DNA of 64,000 nt. It comes from Candidatus Poribacteria bacterium (GTDB lineage: Bacteria > Poribacteria > WGA-4E > JAJDTR01). Positions 29,501-39,344 of this stretch are shown here, piece by piece. The stretch is taken from positions 288,001 through 352,000 of the forward strand of contig CBDCTK010000002.1 in assembly GCA_965222225.1 (NCBI GenBank), given 5' to 3'. Under the pieces are notes generated by a model, which was given only the letters and a program-made list of their open reading frames with translations, searched no databases and was not told the origin of the DNA. Both the position numbers and the translations under genes were made by a program. How positions within the stretch are numbered: position 1 is the stretch's first letter; each line of letters opens with the position of its first letter.

Positions 29501-32246
29501 CCGCCCGGAAGATGTAGCAGAAATAGATGAATCATACACAGGGCAAGCATTAAAGAAGATTTTGGACGGTGGAAGAAATGATGAACGCATGCCTCACGCC
29601 TATCAATCTGCGTCATCCTTGCCCGCTAGTATCAGTGAGGAGCAGATGGTAGCGACTTCCGGTGGCGCGCTGCGCGAGACCGGATCCACGTATCAAACTG
29701 AGCAAGTTAGTGAAGGAATCAACAATCGTCGACATATATCTGTGCACGGTGCGCGGGAACATAACTTGAAAGATGTGGACGTGGATATCCCCCATCGGAA
29801 GCTGACAACACTTACGGGAGTAAGCGGCTCAGGCAAGACTTCCTTGGCGCTAGACACTATTTTTGCCGAAGGTCAGCGACGGTATGTCGAATCCCTATCA
29901 GCTTATGCTCGTCAGTTCCTTGGGCAACTCCAGAAACCGAAGGTCGAAAAAATCGAAGGGCTTTCGCCCGCCATTGCAATCGAACAGAAACCTCCAAGTC
30001 AAAACCCGCGGTCAACCGTAGGAACGGTAACAGAGATTTATGACTATTTGCGCGTTTTGTACGCACGCGCTGGAAATCCGCACTGTCCGAAATGCGGGGC
30101 GGAAGTTGGTGCTCAAACACTTCAACAAATTGTCGATAAGATTGCAACGTTGCCGGTCGGAACACGGGTGTACATTCTCTCGCCACTGGTCTTAAGGAAC
30201 AACGAAGACTATCCGGCGGCATTTCGCCGGTTACAAAAGGAGGGCTATGCGCGTCTTGAGATAAACGGCGAGATTGTCCCGCTTGACAAGACGCCTAAAA
30301 TAGGCAAGACCATCAAGCACGATGTCAAAATAGTAGTTGATCGCATGGCACTTGACCCCGAAGAGCAGGGGAGATTGTCGGAAGCTGTCGAGATTGCACT
30401 CAACCAAAGTAACGGCGTCGTTGTTCTCAAGACCGACGATACGGCATTTAGTCCAATTTTTTTCAGTGTACACTCCGCCTGCCTCTCCTGCGAGATAAGT
30501 TTCCCGGAGTTGACGCCGCGCCACTTTTCATTCAATAGTCCGCTGGGACAGTGTCCACAGTGCGAAGGAATTGGAACATATTACAGTGGACAGCGAAGCT
30601 GTGGGGAGTGCAACGGCACACGCATCCAGCCTTTCCCACGACATGTGCAAATTTGCCACAAAACCATAGCGGATGTCACGGCTATGTCCATTGGAGAGGC
30701 AACGCAGTTTTTCGCAGACCCTCGAGAGGAGGGGACGAATAGCACGACACATGTGACGCAGGAGATGCTGCCCCATCAGGTCGAGATTGCGCGTAATCTC
30801 TTGAATGAGATTCAAAACCGTCTTCAATTCCTTATGGACGTGGGACTTCACTATTTGACGTTGGATCGCCCTGCACCGACGCTTTCAGGCGGCGAGATGG
30901 AGCGAATTCGACTGGCGAGCCAGCTTGGCAGCGGGCTAACGGGTGTAACCTATATTCTGGACGAGCCCAGTGTCGGGTTACACCAGCGCGATCAGGAGCG
31001 ATTATTGAGAGCTTTAGCGCATCTTCGAGATCTCGGAAACAGCGTACTCGTAGTTGAGCATGATATGGAGACGATGTTGTTGTCCGACCATATCGTCGAT
31101 TTTGGTCCCGGCGCGGGCAAACTTGGTGGCGAGGTTGTCAGCACCGGTTCGCCGGATGAAATTAAAGAAGACGAAAACTCGGTTACGGGGCGTTATTTGG
31201 CTGGAACGATAAAAATAGATGTTCCCAAAACGCGGCGATCCGGAAAAGGAGAATGGCTTGAAATCACTAACGCTCAAACGAATAATCTCAAATCGATTGA
31301 CGCGAAGATTCCTTTGGGAACTCTCACATGCGTGACTGGGGTTTCCGGCTCAGGTAAGAGTTCCCTCATTGAAGAAACCCTATACCCCGCTTTGGCAACC
31401 GACTTGAATAAAACAAAGATGCGGACCGGAAAGTATAAATCAATCCTCGGAATGCAGCACCTTGACAAACTGATTAACATTAATCAGCAACCGATAGGCG
31501 AAACACCTCGATCCAACCCGGCGACCTACACCGATATTTTCACGAAGGTGCGGTATCTTTTCGCCGAACTGCCGGAAGCAAAGACGCGAGGGTTCGATTC
31601 CAGGCGATTCAGTTTTAACTTAAAAGACGGACAGTGTGAGAACTGCCACGGACATGGACATACCCGCGTTGAAATGCACTTTTTGGCTGATGTCTGGGTA
31701 AAATGTGAAACCTGCAGCGGCACAGGTTACAATCACGAGACTCTACAAATCCGCTACAAAGGGAAGAATATCGCTGAAATCCTTGATATGACGGTAAGCG
31801 AAGCTTTAGATCACTTTCAAAATGTAGCTACAATCCGCAAGCCGTTACAGATGCTTTACGATGTCGGCTTGGACTACATCGAACTCGGACAGGCAGCGAC
31901 AACCCTATCCGGCGGCGAGGCACAGCGCGTCAAACTGGCGAGCGAACTTGCCAAACGAAGTACGGGCAAAACCATCTTTATCATGGATGAACCAACCACC
32001 GGGTTGCATTTCGCCGACGTGAAGAAGCTCCTCAACGTGCTGAATCGCTTGGTGGATAAGGGTAACACCATTGTAGTGATTGAACACAATCTTGATGTTA
32101 TCAAGTGTGCGGATTGGGTCATTGATCTTGGGCCTGAAGGCGGCGATGCCGGAGGAGAGATTGTCGCCATGGGGACGCCCGAGATTGTAGCCGCGGAGGG
32201 GGCCTCACCTACGGGTAGGTTTTTGCAGAAAGCACTCGCATCGTGA
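26562..32246 (+). CDS. uvrA: Excinuclease ABC subunit A, double-length (two fused UvrA units)
   Basis: 1894 aa with four Walker A motifs (GVSGSGKS/T), LSGGE signatures and CxxC zinc modules. Confidence 0.96.
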   Translation: MPQEYIDIGGACEHNLKNISLRLPKDKLIVFTGVSGSGKSSLAFDTIYAEGQRRYIESLSAYARQFLGQLERPDVDFISGLSPSISIDQKSTGHNPRSTVATVTEIYDYLRVLFARVGTPHCLECGRPVGAQTGDAIVDQIVGFPERTRILILAPIVSGRRGEYREDLADARKAGFVRARIDGQIYELADEIQLNRNQRHDIELVVDRLIIKPDIRSRVAEAVETALRMGNGRLIVHIVSTPDSMEEGEKGDEQPSSADLLFSKDYTCVHCNISYEPPAPRHFSFNSPAGMCPSCKGLGNKTEMSPDLVVPDPTKSIQEGAIVFWGTLDTLQTRHLAFSVADYLGFDIDTPWKDLTEEQRHIVLYGTGNKKIPFVYQTRRNRRLKYTAPYEGVIPPEERKYFQSNSELHKRYLSKYMVSGACPECHGQRLKPEVKSVSIAGKSILDVVAMTISNSLEFFEKLQLSEREAFIATDLLKEIKGRIGFLINVGLHYLTLDRTAPTLSGGESQRIRLASQVGAGLRGVIYVLDEPSIGLHPRDNAHLLATLQLLRDQGNTVIVVEHDEDTMWAGDLIVDFGPGPGVKGGEISAIGTPQELLDNSNTLTAQYLRGEQRIDIPVERRFVGDRWLEIAGARHNNLKNIDVRVPIGSFTCVTGVSGSGKSSLINDILYEALARELMKAHGDPGNHKAIRVLMCENEDMENPEPESLDTDFEEFSSQNFESAPSESFQSELSSLQVPVVSIIDKVIDIDQAPIGRTPRSNPATYTKVFDRIRALYAELADSKLRGYKPGRFSFNVSGGRCEACQGNGARRIEMHFLADVWVKCNVCHGRRYNEETLQVKYRDKSIVDALNMDVQEALEHFANVPSIAHVLQTLHEVGLDYIKLGQPAPTLSGGEAQRIKLARELAKRSTGKTLYILDEPTTGLHFDDVKKLLDVLHRLVDKGNTVVVVEHNLEVVKTADYVIDLGPEGGEEGGYVVALGRPEDVAEIDESYTGQALKKILDGGRNDERMPHAYQSASSLPASISEEQMVATSGGALRETGSTYQTEQVSEGINNRRHISVHGAREHNLKDVDVDIPHRKLTTLTGVSGSGKTSLALDTIFAEGQRRYVESLSAYARQFLGQLQKPKVEKIEGLSPAIAIEQKPPSQNPRSTVGTVTEIYDYLRVLYARAGNPHCPKCGAEVGAQTLQQIVDKIATLPVGTRVYILSPLVLRNNEDYPAAFRRLQKEGYARLEINGEIVPLDKTPKIGKTIKHDVKIVVDRMALDPEEQGRLSEAVEIALNQSNGVVVLKTDDTAFSPIFFSVHSACLSCEISFPELTPRHFSFNSPLGQCPQCEGIGTYYSGQRSCGECNGTRIQPFPRHVQICHKTIADVTAMSIGEATQFFADPREEGTNSTTHVTQEMLPHQVEIARNLLNEIQNRLQFLMDVGLHYLTLDRPAPTLSGGEMERIRLASQLGSGLTGVTYILDEPSVGLHQRDQERLLRALAHLRDLGNSVLVVEHDMETMLLSDHIVDFGPGAGKLGGEVVSTGSPDEIKEDENSVTGRYLAGTIKIDVPKTRRSGKGEWLEITNAQTNNLKSIDAKIPLGTLTCVTGVSGSGKSSLIEETLYPALATDLNKTKMRTGKYKSILGMQHLDKLININQQPIGETPRSNPATYTDIFTKVRYLFAELPEAKTRGFDSRRFSFNLKDGQCENCHGHGHTRVEMHFLADVWVKCETCSGTGYNHETLQIRYKGKNIAEILDMTVSEALDHFQNVATIRKPLQMLYDVGLDYIELGQAATTLSGGEAQRVKLASELAKRSTGKTIFIMDEPTTGLHFADVKKLLNVLNRLVDKGNTIVVIEHNLDVIKCADWVIDLGPEGGDAGGEIVAMGTPEIVAAEGASPTGRFLQKALAS

Positions 32247-32371
32247 TAATATGGTGGGGGCTAGTAATTCATTTCATCGAACTTAGAAATTGTGGCTGAC
32301 AGCTTAAGTGCCAACAGCCCGAAGCACGCAATCATACTTTTGAGGCGGAACACCCTCGGTGAATACGAAGG

Positions 32372-32400
32372 TTGACAGAACTAGATCTTGCCCGTATAAT
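32372..32400 (+). promoter_or_regulatory. Perfect consensus sigma70 promoter
   Basis: TTGACA-17 nt-TATAAT, about 170 bp upstream of the transporter gene. Confidence 0.8.
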
Positions 32401-32571
32401 GCAAAAAGTCATGTGAGGTAGAAGCATTCTGGAATACCTTTGCAACTGTAGGAGCGATCAAATGAGCGAATAGCGAATGCGATAGAGATTCCATAGAGTT
32501 CCCAAAAATATAACAACTCTGTCTGTGTGTAGATACTCTCCACAATTCCATAGTGAGTTTGTTAGAAAATT

Positions 32572-34083
32572 ATGGCGATGGATTCTATAAATAACAGTGA
32601 AACAGGTCAACAGGCCGAAGAAACAGTTGAAAAAATAGAAATTCCGAAACCGACCGGTGTCTTTGCCGAACCATGGTCGGTGAAGAAATTAATCGGCTTG
32701 CTTGCTGTCTTTGGTCCTGCCGCAATTGTGGCGTCGGCAAGCATTGGCGCGGGTGAAACTATTGTCGTTGTCAGTGCGGGTGCTTGGGCGAGTTACGGAC
32801 TGCTATGGCTTGTGCTTTTGAGTTGTGTCGTAAAAGGCGTATTTGTCACCTATTTACTCGGACGCTACACCGCGGTAAGTGGGGAGCATGTAGGCCACCG
32901 TCTAGTGCGCTTGCCCGGACCGCGTGGTTGGCTGTTACTTACGATTCTAATCATGGAGATGATTGGCGCCCCGCTGGCATGGGTGCCAATCGCAAAACCG
33001 TGCGGCGATCTTTTTCATTACTTCCTTGACGGGGTGCCAAAGTCTATTCCTGAGCCCGTTTGGGAAAACTTATTCACGTGTGCATTCATTGCCCTTGCGC
33101 TTGCGCTTAGCTTGCGTCTCACCTTTGAAAGGTTAGAAAAGCAGCAACTCATCATATGCGGTATCTTGGTCTTGGGTACGATCATTGGCACGTTGATGGT
33201 ACGTCCCGATTTTGGAAAGGCATTGGTTGGAAGTGTAAGCGTCGGGCAGCTTCCAAAACTTCCACCCTGGACACCTGAAGACACCGTCGAGAATCCTCTG
33301 TTAACAATGGCGACAGCCTTCGCTTATGTAGGCGGGTCCGTGTTGGGCTACATTGTTTACGCGAATTGGATTGGACTGCACCGCTGGGGGATGACGAGCC
33401 ATGAAAACATTGCAGCTATCCGAAAATACGCCTTTACGCGTGATAAGATTGACTACCTACCCGTAGGCAGAGAACAGGTGGCGCGTCTCCGAAAAATCAC
33501 CGCGCCATTACGGTGGGATGTCGGCATGGGCGCAATCGTTCTGTTCATCGTAACCGGGGCATTCATGATATCCGGTGCGGCAGTGCTCTATCCCCTAAAG
33601 ACCGAGTTCAAAGGGTGGAGTTTGCTCACAGAGCAGGCGCACGTGTGGAGCAACATCCACGCATCATTAGTTTGGGTTTACTACATTTGCATCATTGCCG
33701 CGCTGTGGGGAACGCTCCAAGCGCTGCCGGAAATCTATGCGCGAGTCTCACAGGAATTTCTTCAAGCGGTCTGGCCAAATCATAAGTGGGATTATCATAA
33801 GATTCAACGGTTAATCTGCGGTTATCTGTTCATCACCACCGCGATCATCATTTGGAGCAACGTTCCGTTCCACATCCTCACACAGATTGCCGGTTTCCTC
33901 ATAGCCAACCTGGCAATTGGTATGATGATGCTCGCTGCGCTGTATCTAAATTTTAAACTACCTTCTGCCTATCGGACACGGCTGCCGATGTCAATCGGCG
34001 CCGTTGTGTCCGCAGGCATTCTTTTTGTTTTTGCGGGTATTAGCGGGTGGGGATTATTTGCCAAGTTGCTTGGTAACGGCTAG
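32572..34083 (+). CDS. NRAMP-like (APC superfamily) transporter
   Basis: FGPAAIVASASIGAGE, YGLLW and about 11 TM helices. Confidence 0.75.
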   Translation: MAMDSINNSETGQQAEETVEKIEIPKPTGVFAEPWSVKKLIGLLAVFGPAAIVASASIGAGETIVVVSAGAWASYGLLWLVLLSCVVKGVFVTYLLGRYTAVSGEHVGHRLVRLPGPRGWLLLTILIMEMIGAPLAWVPIAKPCGDLFHYFLDGVPKSIPEPVWENLFTCAFIALALALSLRLTFERLEKQQLIICGILVLGTIIGTLMVRPDFGKALVGSVSVGQLPKLPPWTPEDTVENPLLTMATAFAYVGGSVLGYIVYANWIGLHRWGMTSHENIAAIRKYAFTRDKIDYLPVGREQVARLRKITAPLRWDVGMGAIVLFIVTGAFMISGAAVLYPLKTEFKGWSLLTEQAHVWSNIHASLVWVYYICIIAALWGTLQALPEIYARVSQEFLQAVWPNHKWDYHKIQRLICGYLFITTAIIIWSNVPFHILTQIAGFLIANLAIGMMMLAALYLNFKLPSAYRTRLPMSIGAVVSAGILFVFAGISGWGLFAKLLGNG

Positions 34084-34339
34084 GAATATGCCGGAAGATA
34101 GGATTGAGTTCATTTGTCATGCCCTGTCAACGCGCACGGGCAACTACAGGGAAGTTTATCTTGCGTCGGGCGGGAATACCCCGTCGTAAGAAGGTATCAA
34201 AACAGGCCGGATCGTACGAAGGACTGATGCGTACGTTCTCGCATGCTGTGGCACGCGACATTACCTCGAGATTACTCCATATCTGGCATAAGTCCCTATT
34301 GTGCTTTAGCATATACGCTAAACAAAGGAGAAACTATCT

Positions 34340-35152
34340 ATGGCATCAAATCGCTTCAGAGAAAGAATGAACTCCGGCGCGCCACTCACCGGAACGCACA
34401 TCATGACCGCTCACGAAGACCTCTTTGAAATAGCTGCGGCAACAGGTCTTTATGACACTATAGAGTTTAGCGCGGAATACAGCATGTTTGACATGCGTTT
34501 GTTGAACAATATGGCACGCGCGGCAGAGTTGTATAACACGTCGCTCATCATTAAACTCGATCAATACAGTCAAGGCTTTTGGGCGCAGGCGGCCATAGGC
34601 GCGGGGTTTCACGCCGTACTTTTTACCGACATTCGGACACCTGATGACATCGTCGCGTGCCATAAGATACTTCGACCCGATAAGCCTGGAATAGACGGGC
34701 ACATGGGGGTAAAGATTCGCCGCATCGCTATTGAAGGGTACGGTGGCAGCAGCAGCTACCTTCAGAAGATTGAGGACATTGGGTTCATAGTAATGATTGA
34801 AAAGGACGTGGCTGTCCAAAACCTCGATGAGATCTGTTCTGTTGCAGCCGAGTTGGGTGTCGACATGATACAGTGGGGACCGTCGGATTTTGGATTCAGT
34901 CGGCCGAGCACGCCAACACCCGAAGAAATTCAGTATTTCGAGAAACGGGTGATTAAAACGGCTCTCGCCAAAGGCATTCGGCCTCGTGTCGAATTGGAAT
35001 TTCCTACCCCTGAAAAGATGGATTACTACACCGAGTTAGGGATTAAGGATTACTGCGCCATGTGGGACCGGAGCGCATTATCAAGTGGTTGGACTAAGAC
35101 GGGAACGGCGCTGAAGGAAGAATTGGCGGCTCGCTGGTCGCAATACTATTAA
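34340..35152 (+). CDS. HpcH/HpaI aldolase family protein
   Basis: IEFSAEYS, VMIEK and QWGPSDF. RBS AAGGAG. Confidence 0.8.
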   Translation: MASNRFRERMNSGAPLTGTHIMTAHEDLFEIAAATGLYDTIEFSAEYSMFDMRLLNNMARAAELYNTSLIIKLDQYSQGFWAQAAIGAGFHAVLFTDIRTPDDIVACHKILRPDKPGIDGHMGVKIRRIAIEGYGGSSSYLQKIEDIGFIVMIEKDVAVQNLDEICSVAAELGVDMIQWGPSDFGFSRPSTPTPEEIQYFEKRVIKTALAKGIRPRVELEFPTPEKMDYYTELGIKDYCAMWDRSALSSGWTKTGTALKEELAARWSQYY

Positions 35153-35176
35153 CCGTAAATCGGATAGGAGGATATA

Positions 35177-36034
35177 ATGGCTTACAAACTGGATTCGCAA
35201 ACCATGTACATGATGCCGACGCATTTTGGACCGAGCACGGGCCCGAGACAGGGTCCGGATGGACGCAAGTTTGAATGCAAGGATAATCCCAAGTCGAAAT
35301 CTGTGTCCGTCAGCTTTCTTACCAATAGCGAGCAACTCAAGGAATTGTTGCCGCCCGGCGGTTTCGAGTTGGGCGCTGAACCCGTCGTAACTGTGTCTGC
35401 CACTTACATGACAGAAATCGAATGGTTAGCTGGTCGTGGTTACAATGTCCTTGGTGTTAGCTTTCCCGTCGTTTTTAATGGAAAAGAGGACCGTGCCAGG
35501 GGTAGTCTGCTGACCGTGCTGTGGGAAAATCTGTGCGACCCGATTCTCACGGGACGTGAACAGTTGGGGTTCTCCAAAATCTACTGCGAACTGCCTGAGC
35601 CTGTTGTTCTTCGTGGAGAGACACACGTTATAGCCAGTTGGCTCGGATTCAAATTCCTAGACATGAAGCTGACCAACATGCATGAGATACCGTTGCCGCA
35701 AACCGCACCGTCATCCGCACCATCAGCTAAACCGAAAGACGATGTGTTGACGGGGACGTTGCATTACAAGTATATGCCGAGAACAGGCGAGTGGGGTACA
35801 CCTGACATAGCTTACGCCGTACTCACGCCATCCGAGGGAGGAAATGGCCGCACCACGGAACTTTGGCGCGGTGAAGGCACTGTGGAGTTCCACAAAGCGA
35901 GATGGGAAGACCTGCCGACACAGTACAGTATCGTCAATGCTTTCCACGACTTAGAAATAGTGGAATACCGTGGCGCCAGTTTCTCGATGGGAATTGGTGA
36001 CAAAGATTTGAGCGATCAGCGAATTCTACGCTAG
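35177..36034 (+). CDS. Acetoacetate decarboxylase family protein
   Basis: WLAGRGYN and LWENLCDPILTGREQLGFSK (Schiff-base Lys region). Confidence 0.82.
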   Translation: MAYKLDSQTMYMMPTHFGPSTGPRQGPDGRKFECKDNPKSKSVSVSFLTNSEQLKELLPPGGFELGAEPVVTVSATYMTEIEWLAGRGYNVLGVSFPVVFNGKEDRARGSLLTVLWENLCDPILTGREQLGFSKIYCELPEPVVLRGETHVIASWLGFKFLDMKLTNMHEIPLPQTAPSSAPSAKPKDDVLTGTLHYKYMPRTGEWGTPDIAYAVLTPSEGGNGRTTELWRGEGTVEFHKARWEDLPTQYSIVNAFHDLEIVEYRGASFSMGIGDKDLSDQRILR

Positions 36035-36223
36035 ACTGAAGAAACCAACTAGTACAGATAGGCGTAATTGCCTTATGAGTTAGCGGTAGGTGCGATTTCC
36101 CAATCGCACCGTCAGTTAAGGTGCTGTTTAAGTGAACGTACAGAGGGCGCGCTTAACCGTTTCATTCACTTAACTATTTCCGCCAACGTGTACTAGCGAA
36201 CTTCAGCTCAAAGTTGTATGATT

Positions 36224-36253
36224 AAAAACCCCGGCATTGCTCGGGGTTTTTTG
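36224..36253. terminator. Bidirectional intrinsic terminator
   Basis: AAAAACCCCGG-CATTG-CTCGGGGTTTTTT between convergent transcription units. Confidence 0.7.
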
Positions 36254-36265
36254 TTTACATATCGC

Positions 36266-36349
36266 TCAATTCTCCTAGCGACTTGGGTTAATCAAGGGCG
36301 CGTCGGCTTTTATGCCTTCCGGCTTGTGCTTCAAGCCCCAAACCCCGCC
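36266..36349 (-). pseudogene. C-terminal relic of a PhyH paralogue
   Basis: Reads GGVWGLKHKPEGIKADAPLINPSR*EN*, versus the intact gene end GGVWGLEHKPKGMKNDAPSINPSRWRD* at 38326-38410. Confidence 0.75.
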
Positions 36350-36399
36350 TGCCGTATTTGGGCTTTGTAGGAACCGCTTGGCTTGCTCGGGCGCAGGGC

Positions 36400-36684
36400 G
36401 TAGGTTGGGTTAAATGGTTTGATGCGAATCACTACCAAGCACAATAGAGGTTCTGTCTTTCGTTGAGGCGGGTTTATACGGAGATAGAATGAAACCCAAC
36501 ACCTCAATCCAACGCACATGTTGATTATCAAGTTGGGTTTCACTAGTCATGGGAGTTTCAAGTGGTATTGGAGCTCGAAAGCCGTGCGCAATGCGGGTGA
36601 TTTTTGGCGTTGACAGGATCTCTATCGCACGGGATCTTCTATCGCGCTCATTATTCATTCGCTTGATCGTTCAACCCAACCTAC
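36400..36684. repeat. REPIN-like composite element
   Basis: Ends GTAGGTTGGGTTAA and TCAACCCAACCTAC are inverted. Internal TGAAACCCAAC...GTTGGGTTTCA palindrome and a copy of the GCGATAGAGATCC repeat. Confidence 0.65.
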
Positions 36685-36742
36685 ATGGGACTGGACTTAG
36701 CCCCTTCATGTCCAGGAACCTAGAGTACTTTAATCCCGTCTC

Positions 36743-37983
36743 TTAATCCATCCATAGGGATGCAATCCCGTCTTTGATGATGTTCTCCATGCCAACCGCA
36801 AGTGGCCGGTTCACCGGATTTGCCCACAAGCTTGGGAAACAGCCCGCTTCATATCTGCCCTTTTCGCCAAGAGCCAATTCTTTGTCCGTAGCAATATACC
36901 CCGGGCCTTCATTGGTATAACCAAAGGTCATGTTGTGGTCAAACGGAGCGTTTTCGTCAACCCAAAGCTCGTATTCACAGAATATCTCGCTGGGAAGCGT
37001 AATAAGGCACCATTCCGTGCCTAGCATGATAGCGTTGATGTCGAATTGTATCTCTGACGGCGACCACTCCCCGCGTTCAATCATTTCCTTGATTGACTGA
37101 AGCAGCGGTTCCTGTCTTCTATATTCGTGAAGCGAGAGAATCCTGAGACGCTCGCATGCCTCCCGCCAGACTTCCATTGAGGGTAGCTCTTGGGTGGGGA
37201 GTGTAACTCGGGTGGATCGCACCTTTAACTTGTCTGTATTGATCTCGGTGCTGTTACGCATGGCTTCAAGTACACCACGACCAAGCTTTCTACCCGCTTC
37301 CTCAGCCCGTTCATGCCAGCCACTCTCAATGCTAAACGATACGGGAAATCCGTTAATATTTGCGCCACACCCTTGTGCGAACAGTGGTGTCACTACGTTA
37401 CCTAGTTCTTCGGTGATGTGATTTACCGCATGACCAGGAAAGTCAGCGCTGATATCACCGCTTGTCATTGTTATGACGGGGTGTGCAGCATGTTCGAACA
37501 GGAAGCAAGTGGTCTGCCGTCTTCCGTGTACGCTGCGAGCGTGTTGACCCATGGCACAACCGCGCCCTCTTGGTTGACTGCCATGATCACCACGCCATTT
37601 TCGTCGGCGAGACGGCGATTGTATCCGACCTGTGCCGATCCGCGCCCTACACGGAGCGACACATCGACTCGGTTAGCATACGCTTCTTCCGCCGCGGAGA
37701 AGATTAACTCTCCCATGCGCTTCGCCCAATCTTCGTCCCGTGAGTCGCGTCCGTCCGCATGCGTGTGCGAACAGTTTATTAGCGTGTGTTTGATGCCTAG
37801 CTGTTGCTGGATCTTTTCACGGATTTCAGGAAAGAACGGGTCTACCATGTCCAAGCAAATTATGCATAGAGTTTCTTCACCGTCATCCAACACGAGGGCT
37901 TTGGCAAAGAGCGGGTCGTGTATAGGAGGATTGCCAATGAGTTCAGGAAACGTCATATCTCTAGTGCTAACCCCAGCTTTCAT
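36743..37983 (-). pseudogene. Neutral/alkaline ceramidase-like hydrolase, split by a 1-nt frameshift
   Basis: N-part has IHDPLFAKAL, NCSHTHA and VGYNRR; C-part has HAAHP, ISADFPG, QGCGANIN, PSEIF and GYTN. Frames switch near 37500 (CCA CTT GC TTC CTG). Confidence 0.75.
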
Positions 37984-38325
37984 GCGTTGTCTCCTTATAC
38001 CATTTCTCTATATTTGAAGTGCATTAATAGCGTCAATCAAATCTTACTAATGCGGGGCAAGATGGGATTTCTATCGCCTTCGCTATTCGCTCAGCTGATC
38101 CCCGCTTATGGGTTTGGTGTGTGGGGTAATGGTTGGTATCGGTCATTTCATAACAGTATAATTGAAAAACATCATACGCAATATTATTCATGCGAAATGG
38201 TATTGTCATGTATTTAAGGAATAAACTTAAGGGCTTCCTGCGACGCCATCATCGCCACTAGAGAACCACACTTCGTCGCACGCCCCCTATGTCCTCAATC
38301 CACAGCCGATGATACCACTATATGC

Positions 38326-39207
38326 TTAATCCCTCCAACGACTCGGATTAATCGAAGGTGCGTCATTTTTCATTCCTTTTGGCTTATGCTCTAGGCCCCA
38401 GACCCCGCCCGTCGTATTGAGGCTTTGCAAGAACGGCTTGGCTTGTACAGGCGCAGCAGCTACTAGCTCGGGATCCCATTCTTCCATAGGTTGGATGGGC
38501 CCCGCCCACGCCGGTCGGTAGCCGAACTGGATGAGTTCCCTGGCGGACGTATCTGTGTTCGGATGGGTGGCATGGAAAAGCGTGCTAGGAATAACCACCG
38601 CCGAACCCGCTTCTAGGCAGAGTGTAGCTTCTTCGGGGTGTGATTTATAGCGTACGTACGGACTTGCCTGTGCATGAAACGAGAGGTGGCTGCGAGGGAT
38701 ACAGCGGAACGGCGCGCGCTTTGGCAGCAGGTCATCGAGATAGTATAACACCCGCAGCAATCGAGGAGAACTCCCTTCATAGTCGAAGATTGATGAGCCA
38801 TGGGGCTGCCCATCAGTGTGCATTGAAATCCCCGGAGATCCGGGGAGTGTTCTCTGAAAGAAGCCGCGTGTAAAGACGATATCTGGTCCCATAAGTTCCG
38901 TAAGAAACTCAATCGTCGGTGGGTGACCGATAAGTTCTGCAACCGCACGGCTTATCCATTGTGGCTGTTGCTTTCCAACGGTCTGATAGTCGCTGTACGG
39001 TTTAACCCCCATCGGAGTGTCCGCAAGCTCTGCTTTAAGGCGTGCAATATGCTCCGCGCTTAGAATGTCGGGCAAGACCACATAGCCTTCCACCTCAAAA
39101 TGACGGATTCGCTGTGCCAAAGTGAATGAGCGAAAGTCGGTTTCGTCAATATTCATGAAATCGATGACTTCATTGGGGGCGATTACGGGGATATCGGTCT
39201 CTTTCAT
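38326..39207 (-). CDS. Phytanoyl-CoA dioxygenase (PhyH) family Fe(II)/2OG dioxygenase
   Basis: EGYVVLPD, H-x-D (MHTD), YYLDDL, IPRSH and FHA motifs. Confidence 0.88.
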   Translation of the reverse strand: MKETDIPVIAPNEVIDFMNIDETDFRSFTLAQRIRHFEVEGYVVLPDILSAEHIARLKAELADTPMGVKPYSDYQTVGKQQPQWISRAVAELIGHPPTIEFLTELMGPDIVFTRGFFQRTLPGSPGISMHTDGQPHGSSIFDYEGSSPRLLRVLYYLDDLLPKRAPFRCIPRSHLSFHAQASPYVRYKSHPEEATLCLEAGSAVVIPSTLFHATHPNTDTSARELIQFGYRPAWAGPIQPMEEWDPELVAAAPVQAKPFLQSLNTTGGVWGLEHKPKGMKNDAPSINPSRWRD

Positions 39208-39344
39208 CGGATTCTCCTTCTAGGTCTTGATCGACCTCAAAGTATATTTCAACAGGGCAGTGTTTGGGCACTCCCGATTGTGTAGCGCGTTCTGTTGCAC
39301 CATTTGTCTGTGTGAGTATCTTATGGATATTCCTATGGATATTC

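Noticed and set aside
34087-34320. Short ORFs between the transporter and the aldolase
   Set aside because: No motifs; possibly a gene remnant but unsupported.
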